The notes under the pieces are model-generated. The model was not told where the DNA came from. It worked only from the letters and a program-made list of their open reading frames with translations, and searched no databases. A stretch of DNA of 64,000 bases, taken from positions 1 to 64,000 of the forward strand of contig NW_003314430.1 in NCBI RefSeq assembly GCF_000143415.4, given 5' to 3'. Each line of letters starts with the position of its first letter. Position 1 is the first letter of the stretch. The position numbers and the translations under genes were made by a program. Source of the DNA: Selaginella moellendorffii. Taxonomy: Eukaryota; Plantae; Lycopodiophyta. Of this stretch, positions 50,300-61,462 are shown piece after piece.

Positions 50300-53200
50300 G
50301 AAGAAAGAAAAGAAAGGGGGAAAAAGACAAAGGCAATCAAATAATCAAAACAAGCTAAAAGAAAAGCAAAAACCACAATCTGAATCAAACTGTCAAGACC
50401 CCCAACAAGATCAAGACTGGAAAATGCTAAAGACAAAGAGAAAAAGCTAGTGAAAACAAAGAAGAAGCCTTAGACTGGTGTTGATTCAGATTGTGGAGAA
50501 ATGGAACAAGGCTAACCTATATATACTATAGGTTGATGAAGCTCCACCACTCTTGGATCGAGGACGGCCTAAATATAGCTGAGGTCGAGGAGGCACCACA
50601 TCATCATCAGGAATGTGGCTCGAGACTCAGGAATCGGGAGTGTCTCGAGAGTCAGGAATAGGGAAGTGTCTCGAGAGTCAGGAATGTGGTCTGCAGGTCA
50701 GGAATCCGGCGAAAGTCAGGAATGTGGCAAAAATTGGGGGATTCCTGACAATCAATGGGCGAGCTATTGAAGGTCCTATGGAACTCAGCATGGCCGAGTA
50801 TCATGAAGAGTTACCCACAGTGGAGGCATTCATGGCGGAAAGACTCAACATTTGGAATCTAGTGAGGGATTCCTTAGAACGGGCTCAACAAAGGCAAATC
50901 AAGTATGCAAACCAAAAGCGTCGGGACGTAGAGTTCCAACCTGGGGAGAAGGTGTGGTTGAACACCAAGAACCTAAGGTTACCAAGTGGGATCAGTCGGA
51001 AGTTGACGCAAAAGTGAGATGCATGTATTCTTAGAAATGAGTTGATCTTGAGTTCTTTAAGCAGGTTCGTGGGGCCTTCCGAGATTGAGGCACAAATTGG
51101 TAAAGTGGCTTACCGCCTCTGACTTCCTTGAGAGATGGGGAAGATGCACCTAGTGTTCCATGTGAACCTACTCAAGCCGTACTTTGAGGATCTGCTTCGT
51201 AAGGACCAAATGAGATCTTTACCTAAGGTTATCCAAAGGGAAGAGGAATACGAAGTGGAGGCCATCCTCAATACACGCAAGAGCAAGCGACAAGGATGTG
51301 AGGTGAGAGAGTTCCATGTGAAGTGGAAAGGATTTCCATATTGCGAAGCAACATGGGAACCGAAGGAGAACCTAGCGAATGCACGAGATCTAGTGGAGGA
51401 ATTTCTGCAAGGCAGAACTCTATGTACTTATGCAAAGTTCAATTAAAGTATCAATTTGTGAAGTTGAGCAATGACATATATTGGGACCCAAAGGCGCGCT
51501 AAAGGTAAGCTAATTAGCATGGGTTAGCTAGGTCGACCAGGCGTAAAGAACTATGCTCGACTCCCCACAGGGATGTCGAATCCGTAGACGTATTCTAGGG
51601 AGGTTGGGTTCAAATCCCAACGCCCTAGTAAAGCAAGGCTAGGTTCAAGTCCCAACCCCATACTAGGGCGTGGTGGGGTGAGGGGTATAGGGACACCTAT
51701 ATTTCGTAGTCATGGGCTCTTGGCCAAGGAGGTTAACTTAAGCACACTGCTAAATGGGGGGATGCCCCTGAAAACATGGTCAATAAGTCGTAAGATAAAA
51801 AGAGACGTTCGATGAGGGCATCGAACTTCTTCTATGGGTAGTGGAGTTGTAAGGAACCAACTCCCCGAGGTGTCGTAGGCTAAAGGATCCCCAAAAACAT
51901 GACCAACATGACAGAGAGTTCATCGGATGGAACTCTCTAGTGGTGCTTCCAAACTGACTTGAGGTTGAGACTGGGGCTGAGTGGCCTTGGGTGGGAGTGA
52001 GCATGGACTCGGGTGGTGCCGGAGGGGCCACCCAAGGAAGTGCTGAAGAGCAGCTTCCACTCCCAAAAGGGAAACCAACTACGGTACTCTCGACTCATAT
52101 GGAGTGGTGCCCCACTTAAGTACCTTGTGGCTCATTGGTCCTCACCCTTCCTAGGGGCTTGGACCTTCCCTTTGGGATGGAAGTGGTGTGGGGGGGGGGT
52201 TAGAGGCCATACTGGGCCATTAGGCCATGGTGTTTCGCCCTGGCATCCCAAAGCATGTGTTGCACCCAAAGCTTGGGATTTAGAGGGTCCTATAATCAAG
52301 TCTTGTGGTACCAAGGGATATTAAGGACCTGGAGGTTTGGTGTGCTTGGCTGCTTATGCATGCGAGGAGTGTAGCCAAACCTTAAATCTAGTCTAACTCG
52401 GGGAGGGGGATTGGGAGAGATTTGGGAATCCGTGGATGGATGGCTAATGCTCTGTTGCTCGTGCAGTAAGTAGCTAAAACCAAGTAGGACCAAGTAGAAG
52501 CTGATACCATAGGCGGGAACCTTGGCGAGGGAATTTAGTTAAAGCCAAGGCAGTGTTAGTCGGACAGACGAGGTAAATTGGCAAATTGGAAAGGAAAATT
52601 TTGTGGTTTACACCCTATTTCAGTATATTGGTGGCTTAATGCTAAGATATGGGTATTCCACTAACTAACATGGTATAGAGATTAGGCTTAGACCCAAGCC
52701 AAAAGCAGAATAAAAATAGACATGCAACTAAAAGGTAGACTATACCTTAATAATTTACCCATTATCTTTACTACACATTTGGAAACTATTGTTTTTCCCT
52801 ACCTCAGAAGAATGTTAAGTCTAATATTTACTTTCAGAGAGATTCACAATTGAAGTGTATGTGAAGTCCTCAAGATGGTTGATTATAATGGAAAAGGCTA
52901 TATGAAAAAAGCAATAAAATGAGAATAAAAAAGGGACCTTAACTAATGTTTGTAAAACATAACCTAAAACCAAAGCCAAAATCATTTGGATTAAATCAAG
53001 TAAAGTCAATAGATCAAGGTTTTTTAAAAAGTAAAGAATAGATAAAAGATACAATAGAATCTTTTATCATTTCTTTCTAATTTTTCTGTTCTTAGGCCTT
53101 GCTCTAGGCATGATCTCCACAGCTTGCAATCGCAAATCAGCTCGCAGCCTTGCACTTCTCTACAAGACACAGCTGCTCCCTGGCATGAGCCAGAATGATC

Positions 53201-53616
53201 ACCATTTTATCTAAGAAAGTCTGAGTGGGGAGGGCCTTTTTGAAAAGTTCTGCCCTAGCACTGTCCTTGCTGTTCTTGCTCGAGATCCCAGGCAGGAGCA
53301 TTTGAAAATGCCTCTCACAGGAGCTCCATGGATTGCTTCTCCTCCTCGTCCATGGCTGTCGATTAGTCCAGGTTTTGTGGTGTCACAGAGGGCAAGCCAG
53401 GGATATTTGGCACTTCTGAGAAAATCACAATAGTTCATTATTAGTGAGTCATGAATTTGTGAGACAATCCATTTGTCATGAATGTGTGTAAAATAAAGAA
53501 CTGACTGGTGAAGCATATGGGCTGGAGACCTTCGAGATAATAGATTCAAACGCAGAGAAAGAAAAAGTTTGGCAATTGTTTTGCTCGGGGATTGGCTCCA
53601 GAGACCCAATGGTGGC

Positions 53617-53801
53617 GATCCCATTGGAAAAGCCCTGGGTGATTTGGAGTGGAATCAGTTCATGGTAGAAATGTAGAGGATGCCAAGGGCAGTCCCATTC
53701 CCGCAGATAATGTGTATCTGCCATTCAACATTGGAGATGCAAGGAAAAATTGCACAGTAGCCAGGGTGACAGGTGGAAATACTCACCAGATACTACAAGA
53801 T
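53617..53801 (-). pseudogene. Decayed tRNA-Asp half plus collapsed antisense oxygenase fragments
   Basis: Same module; closest to the 23414 copy. Confidence 0.72.
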
Positions 53802-54059
53802 TTCACCCTATTGGGCACAAATGGACTGTAAACAAAACAGGTAGATAACCAGGTAGATAAGCATGCTAAGGGTTAGGCAATGTTATTCTTTTTGGGTGGT
53901 CTTACGCTTGCAAGTGATTTGTCGTTGACTTGCACATTGTAAACAAGGATGTGTAAACGTTTTGGTAGGACCAGCATGGACCAGCTAATGGAAACCGTGC
54001 AACTTATGGGACATACTGGTTACGTGCATGGAATAACATACGGTGAACCATGGAATTAA

Positions 54060-54600
54060 AAATGTGAGATGTGATCTCTGTCGGATAAATACCTCTTCTC
54101 CTGCCCCTGTTTCATAACCCACAGAGGAGTGTAGAAAACAAAAGCTGTTTTCAGGACCGATCAAACAGTTTTCATTTCCAAATGGCTGCAATCTTGTTGA
54201 TGACCGTGTTGCTCATGATGGCTGGAAGATGGTGTGCATTGGCAAGAGAAAAGATAGAGCGAGATTTCTAGTGTCACTCCACCCCGTGAGAGATGCCCAC
54301 AAGATCTTGTGGTATATGTACTGGGTGGAACTCCCCTTCCTCTCACAAAAGACGCTCGAGTTTGGCACCATTCATATCTTGGTTAGTTTGTGCCAACATG
54401 AATCTCCAGGTGTGGTCATAGCTCCTACACTGATCAAAGCCAGCTTGCGCGAGGTAAAAGTTCGTTTTCCTCTGCTTTGTGCTACTTGAGCTACTGCTGC
54501 AGGATATCTATGTGAAGGTCATGTAAGAGGCCAAGACTTTGGAACTCACTCGGAGGTGGAGTTTTTGTCATCCCCAAGAGCTGTGCAGATGTTTCCTGAG
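54060..54600 (+). pseudogene. Truncated chimeric oxygenase copy (inverted relative to copy 3)
   Basis: ATG at 54182, oxygenase homology to ~54371, then the foreign tail. Confidence 0.88.
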
Positions 54601-54732
54601 CCGACAGTCCATGAAATTCACTTTAGGAGGACATAGAAATCATTTAAACATATATTCAACTGACGAAATCTCTATCAAGTATTAAAATGTCTGTTCAGCA
54701 ATTAAGCAATTCCTTTCTATTAGTTGTTTGAT

Positions 54733-54804
54733 GTCGTTGTAGTATAGTGGTGAGTATTTCCGCCTGTCACGCGGACGACCTGGGTTCGATCCCCGGCAAC
54801 GGCG
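54733..54804 (+). tRNA. tRNA-Asp(GTC)
   Basis: 72-nt cloverleaf with one G:U in the T stem. Confidence 0.94.
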
Positions 54805-54899
54805 AGATTATGAGCAAACATGCTTATAATTATAAACTTTATTTGATCAATTGGATTAATAAGTAATAACAAAACCATAACAATTTATTTAAGGTATTT

Positions 54900-55943
54900 C
54901 TATGCATGCATTTGCTGAAAGGGACAACGTAATCCCCCATCGTAGTATGGTCCAATCTTGCCGGATTTCAGCACTCCCAGCTCCGCCAGCTTGTATCCCT
55001 TCTCAAATGCTGATGGCCGATACACATTCACGTTGAGCTGCCGGTACTCTTCCGGATTGGCAGCGGGATTAGGACACCAGTCCACCTCAATGCTGCCCTT
55101 CGCATCCTCCACACGTCTGGGAGGCATAAATGCGGACACGCAGCTCCCGGCCAGCAGCTTGAACGCACCCAAGATGATCCACTCCACGATCACGGGGGGC
55201 TTTTCCAATCCAACAGCGCTCCTGATTGTGGGATCGATGAGCGCGCAGATCCCAGTCTCTACCAGCGGCTGCACAGGCTGAGGAAACGCGTCCAGCACCA
55301 GATGCTTGAGATCCTGGACGATGCTCTTGTTCTTGTCCGTGAAGATGGCGTTCTTGGCCTCGTACTCGCGAATGTACTCTCGCATCTCGGAAATGCTGTC
55401 TGGGATGTTTGTGATGCCCATCCTCACGCCCACGTCGTGCCACACAACATACGCGGCCTCCTTCTCGTTGTCGGTCCACTTGCGGAATCCAAACTTCTCC
55501 GAGAAATCAATGGGACTGATCACGTTGAGGCAGAGGACGTAGGCGAATTGGTCGTTTGGGATCTTGAATTTGTTGTGGATTCCATTCAATCTCCTCACCG
55601 CGTACGAGCCGCGATCGCTGTCGACGTGGTGGTGGATCATCTCGCTCACCAGAATGTTGGTCTCGGCAGCGCGCTTCTCGGGATCCTTGAGGCCGTACTT
55701 GGTCTTGAAGAGCAGATTTGTGATCCCGGGGATGCCCAGCGTGCGGATGGTGCCAAACTCGAGCGCCTTTTGTGAGAGGAATGGGAATTCCACCGAGTAC
55801 ATATACCACAAGATCTTGTGGGCATCTCTCACGGGGTGGAGTGACGCTAGAAATCTCGCTCTCTCTTTTCTCTTGCCAATGCACACCATCTTCCATGCTA
55901 CAGCCATCACGAGCAACACGATCATCAACAAGATTGCAGCCAT
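54900..55943 (-). CDS. MpaB/DUF2236 family oxygenase, copy 3
   Basis: 347 aa; two substitutions relative to copy 2 (A15V and P to S in YRPSAF). TATA at 56038-56044. Confidence 0.85.
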   Translation of the reverse strand: MAAILLMIVLLVMAVAWKMVCIGKRKERARFLASLHPVRDAHKILWYMYSVEFPFLSQKALEFGTIRTLGIPGITNLLFKTKYGLKDPEKRAAETNILVSEMIHHHVDSDRGSYAVRRLNGIHNKFKIPNDQFAYVLCLNVISPIDFSEKFGFRKWTDNEKEAAYVVWHDVGVRMGITNIPDSISEMREYIREYEAKNAIFTDKNKSIVQDLKHLVLDAFPQPVQPLVETGICALIDPTIRSAVGLEKPPVIVEWIILGAFKLLAGSCVSAFMPPRRVEDAKGSIEVDWCPNPAANPEEYRQLNVNVYRPSAFEKGYKLAELGVLKSGKIGPYYDGGLRCPFQQMHA

Positions 55944-57166
55944 TCTGAAATGGTTGCGTTGTGAAAACTGTTTGATCTAAAATATGTGCGTGCAAAAGAA
56001 AGAACTAGGTTGGTGAAACATGGGCAAGAGAAGGGGTATTTATACCAGTGATCCAACAGAGATCACATTTCACGTTTTTTATTCATGTAGCACTAACGTG
56101 CAAAACGTACAATAAGGGGACTATAGATTTTTTGATTGAGTGGCTGAAAGAATGCACAGATCAAACAGCGTTACAACGTGTGGTCTATGCAATTTTTGGG
56201 TCACAAGTACACTCTATGACACAGAGCTGCTGGCTTTCGGGAAGGCCCCCCGCCCCCTGTTATATTCAGGCCATGATGTCACAAGAGCAACACAGTACAA
56301 GCATCACCCTGCATCAGCAACGTCCTTAGAAGGTAGAAGTGCACACCAAGCTTGCTGCTGCTCAACGAGCACACCGTCAACTTTTGGCAAGTCTGCGAAA
56401 CGCGAACATATATCGATGGGATGCGACAGATCTGCGACGCACACATTACAGCACCCCTGATCCTCCTTTTTTGGTGCCTGGAATTCGGGCTCTGTAACCA
56501 ATTCCCATATGGACTGCTATGCATGGACACAGGTCTCATGCCAACAGAAATCCTGGCGTGGAGAGACACACTCCAATTCCTCCTAACCGCCCGCAGAGAC
56601 ACTGTGTGTGTGTGGCAATTCAAGACTCCCAGTTGCTCGCAGACAGTCGCAACATGGGCTGGTGGTATGACTGTAGGCGACGGACAAAGAAACTTAACGT
56701 CGATCTGGACACTCTCCTCCAGCAACCAGTTACCACTGTCCCCGATAGCTGAATCAGCCTGGCATTCAAAAGCTGGCTACGTGGCGCAGATCGCAAGAGA
56801 AAATTCCAATACTATCTCACCAATGTAAACATCACTCGAACAATCCGGCCTCCAGTCTACAACCGGAAACGAACTCTGCAAACGCTTCGAGATACTGACT
56901 GGAGATGCACAATCTCCGTAGCGTAAGACGGCCTGGGCAGATCGGTGATACCCGGTTCGCGAACAGGAGGTCAAGGACGTGGACGTGGAAGATGCCATCG
57001 TTCGCTGCCTAGGCTACACACGGCTGAGGCTACTCTCTCTCTCTCTCTTCTCTCTCATAAGACCGTACTGTTCCGTATGACCAACCCCAATAACAAAACA
57101 TGCCTTGTTGGCAAGCCACAGGAATTAGGTCACTCCTGTTCACGCGATGCCAGGGCTGAGAAGGAA

Positions 57167-58180
57167 ATGCGATTCGTCAGCTCCCTAGCTAGATTCCAGA
57201 GGTGGATTACACCCACGGTAACGGCAGCTATGGCCGCGGACAAAGTAGCAGCATCATCAGGGAAGAGAGAAATCGCGCCGGGCAAGACACGCATCGGATG
57301 GATCGGCACTGGAGTGATGGGGCGATGGATGTGTGGCCACATCCTCGACGCCGGGTACGCGCTCACGGTCTACAACCGCACGCCCAGCAAGGCCCAAGAT
57401 CTGTGCGGCCCCGGCCAGGCATTCCTGGCCGATTCCCCGCTCCAGGTCGCGCAGCGCAGCGATGTCGTCTTCACCATCGTCGGCTACCCTGCCGACGTTC
57501 GCCAGGTAATCCTCGGCCCGCTGGGAATCCTCGAGGGGCTGGAGCCGGGCGGGATCGTGGTGGACATGACGACGAGCGAGCCAGCGTTGGCGCGAGAGAT
57601 CGCCGCTCGCGCGCTGGATCGCGGCTGCCATGCGCTGGACGCCCCGGTCTCGGGTGGCGATCGCGGCGCCAAGGCTGGGAAGCTCTCCATCATGGTTGGC
57701 GGCGATCTGGAAGCTTTCACCGCTCTAGCGCCGCTCTTCCAGTGCATGGGATCGCCAACTTTCATGGGCGCCGCCGGGAGTGGCCAGAGTTGCAAGCTCG
57801 CCAACCAGGTAACCATCGCCACCACCATGGTGGGCTTGGTGGAAGGGATGCTCTTCGCGCACAAGGCCGGGCTGGACGTGGAGAGCTACTTGGCAGCCAT
57901 AGCCGGCGGGGCGGCGGGATCAAAGTCCCTGGAGCTCTACGCGCAGAGGATCCAGCGCCGGGACTTCCAGCCGGGTTTCTACGTGAATCACTTCGTCAAG
58001 GATCTGGGGATCGCGATCAACGAGTGCTCTAGGCTGGATCTCTGCCTCCCGGGCCTCGCTCTCGCGCAGCAGCTCTACGTGTCTCTCAAAGCTCACGGCG
58101 ATGGCAACCTCGGCACGCAAGCGCTCGTCCTCGCGCTGGAGCGGCTAAACAACATCCAGCTCCTCGACAAGAAGCCATGA
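57167..58180 (+). CDS. 3-hydroxyisobutyrate dehydrogenase-like / 6-phosphogluconate dehydrogenase family NAD-binding protein, probably mitochondrial
   Basis: IGWIGTGVMG Rossmann motif, LDAPVSGG, CKLANQ and F.V.HFVKDLGIA; intronless; Arg/Ser-rich N-terminus from Met at 57167. Confidence 0.92.
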   Translation: MRFVSSLARFQRWITPTVTAAMAADKVAASSGKREIAPGKTRIGWIGTGVMGRWMCGHILDAGYALTVYNRTPSKAQDLCGPGQAFLADSPLQVAQRSDVVFTIVGYPADVRQVILGPLGILEGLEPGGIVVDMTTSEPALAREIAARALDRGCHALDAPVSGGDRGAKAGKLSIMVGGDLEAFTALAPLFQCMGSPTFMGAAGSGQSCKLANQVTIATTMVGLVEGMLFAHKAGLDVESYLAAIAGGAAGSKSLELYAQRIQRRDFQPGFYVNHFVKDLGIAINECSRLDLCLPGLALAQQLYVSLKAHGDGNLGTQALVLALERLNNIQLLDKKP

Positions 58181-58716
58181 ATCGAGCTAAAGTTTGCTGC
58201 CATGCCAGATCGATTCTTCCGTGTTTAGCTTGAGCTCAAGCATGAGCTTTTGGAAGATCGCAGGGAATGTTTCTCAAAAGCTAGTTAAATCCAAAGCCTC
58301 AAAAATGGTCTTTTTCTCTTTTCTGGTACAGCCACAGACGCAGATTGATTGTTCCTTCTTCTTACACAGATATTGTCTCTTGCTCGTCGGGCGTAAGCAT
58401 CCCGTGATTCTGTCAAGTCTGTGGCTTTTTTTTTTTTTTTTTTTTTTTTTTGAGGAATCGCAGTGGTAATCCTCGCAAGAGCGATAACATCTTCCCTAGC
58501 TGGATACGAGCTTTGCCACCTTGAATGCTGCTCTCACTCGCTGACACACAGTTTGTTGAGACGACCAGTGTCCCATAAAACGAGCAAGGCCAAAAGGCGC
58601 GCTAGCTCGCGATCGAGCAAAATAAGAGCGTCGAGACAAGCATTCTTTTCTATCTTACACAAGTACTTCTAGCTTTCACGAGTGGGAATTTTCTTTAGAT
58701 CGCAGCCCTCGACACA

Positions 58717-59906
<1,190 letters not shown>

Positions 59907-60193
59907 AAGAAGTTACTCGTGACAGTGTTAAATCCTCCTCCTATGTACTGGACTCTCATTTGTACCAAAGAAACTCTTCATTCCTACCAAAAGATTTGTG
60001 AAAAAAAATCACAACTTTGTCGATCAAAGCTGGGAGAAAAGATCTTGATTTCTTGACACCTTGGAGAACTATAGGAAAAATATCGATTCGATCAGAAATA
60101 GAAGCAAAATCGACCTAGACTATAGCCACGGTCATGTACAGTCATAAAACTTCCTCCTTGCCTTGTTCTTTCTTCTTTTTTTTTGTGTGGTTC

Positions 60194-61462
60194 TTATGAA
60201 GATATGTCCTTCCATTTTACCCTCTTGGTTGGCTTGGAGGACTCCTTTGGTTTCTCGATTTCAATGGGATGCTGCTCAATCGTTGGCAGCTGAAAAGAGA
60301 CCAGAGAATCTTAGAAAGTGTAGAAAAAAAAACAGAGATTTTTTTTTTTTACCTTGGCAGCAAGCGCTTGCCTGTCTAGCGCTGGATTCCGGAGCTCCGT
60401 GAGAGCCTCGTCCATGGCTCCCAGGAAATGGAGAAAGTTCCCTCTTGACATGGACGGCAAGTGTACCAGCATGGAATCCATCTGGTTGCGAATCGCGGTG
60501 ATCTTCTCCTTGAGCTTTGTCTGCTCGTCCTCGTCGATCTTCTCAAACTCCGCCGACGAAGGACCCCCACCCTCGACGAAACGCTTCGGGTGCTTCAAGC
60601 CCGCCCCTCGATCCAGCTGCGCTGCCGCCGCCACCTGTTGGGCGATCTCGTCCAGCTTCTGCTTGATGAACTGGACGTCAAACAGCGTCGAAGTGTTGAG
60701 CTTCTTGCCGCCGAGCTTCCTCTTCCTGCTCGGTAGAGGTGGCGGCGGCGCCACGGGGATTTGCTCTCGCCGGCAACACCCACAGCTATCGATGAAAGCG
60801 TCCACGAAAGCCTCTGGAATGCCGTGGTTTCTCTCGCCATACATCCATCGCTTGGTGATCTGGTGCTTGGTCAAGTTCCGGCCCCAGTGTCTCTCGGCAG
60901 CATCAATGTGACACCCCTTGACGATCTCCAGCCACTGTCCAGAGTGAGGAATGTAGCGGCTTGCATCCCTCTTGTGGAACAAGAACCTCTTCCTGGAAGC
61001 GTCGATCTTCACCCCGAGCTTGGCCTTGAAGTCCCTCCACCGGTCCTCGATCGCACAGGTGAAAGTTATGCCGCGCTTGTTCTGCCATGGAAGTGGCTGG
61101 AATGTAGGATCGGCCGCGGAGATCTCCAGCGCCGACGGATTCGTGGACTCGAGCAAGCTGTTGATCATGAGATCGTGAGCCCCGGCGTTGAAGAGGTAGT
61201 ACTTCTGGGATCTAAACTCCTCCAGGTTGTACGTGAAGGGTGGCGTGTCGCTGACGTAGTCCTGGATCTTGAGCTCCTCGAACTGATCATCTTGGTGTTC
61301 TTGCTTGAAATCCTCGTCTAGCTGCTGCTGCGGCTGCTTGGAGTGGCCCGGCGACAGCGCCATGCCCATGCCGATGATCTCGTCATTGCCAAAGGGCTTC
61401 CCAGCGTGCGATGGGAAATCCTCCAGTACCAGCATCGACCCAGTTGGATTTGTGGCTCCCAT
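60194..61462 (-). CDS. Uncharacterised probable nuclear protein with integrase-type H2C2 zinc-binding motif; exons 61462-60353 and 60289-60194
   Basis: Long ORF with GC3 bias. GT-AG intron 60290-60352 gives an in-frame 31-aa last exon. Motif H-x6-H-x-G-x3-T-x3-I..GIP...V..FI..C-x2-C and NLS-like PSRKRK. Confidence 0.72.

Larger units (their letters stand above)
45504..50750 (-). mobile_element. Nested Ty3/Gypsy chromovirus, Tcn1/Tf1-sushi-like
   Basis: 5' LTR 50391-50750 (TGTCA..TGACA), truncated 3' LTR 45504-45579, PPT 45581-45595, gag and pol with chromodomain, no tRNA PBS. Confidence 0.93.
41418..51446 (+). pseudogene. gag-pol polyprotein of the outer Gypsy element (stops and frameshifts; split by the nested element at 45502-50750)
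   Basis: ORF pieces 41418-42548 (gag), 42665-42898 (PR), 43151-44089 (RT), 44702-45500 (INT), 50751-51446 (INT C-terminus, GPF, chromodomain). Confidence 0.92.
40282..52612 (+). mobile_element. Full-length Ty3/Gypsy chromovirus (Galadriel-like by RNase H TDNVA motif), degenerate, carrying a nested element
   Basis: LTRs 40282-41358 and 51848-52612, TSD CCCTA (40277-40281 and 52613-52617), tRNA-Met PBS at 41362. Domain order gag-PR(LIDTGAS)-RT(YIDD)-RH-INT-chromodomain (YEVEAIL..VKWKGF..TWEP). Confidence 0.96.
53417..57045 (-). repeat. Inverted segmental duplicate of ~17036-20640 (third oxygenase unit)
   Basis: ORFs 56279-56725(-) vs 17353-17799(+) and 53985-54191(-) vs 19880-20086(+). The boundary lies at the (CT)n tract upstream of the dehydrogenase gene. 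Confidence 0.92.

Noticed and set aside
56945-57166. 74-aa N-terminal extension of the dehydrogenase ORF
   Set aside because: GTG start running through a (CT)n tract and duplicated sequence; Met at 57167 is more plausible.
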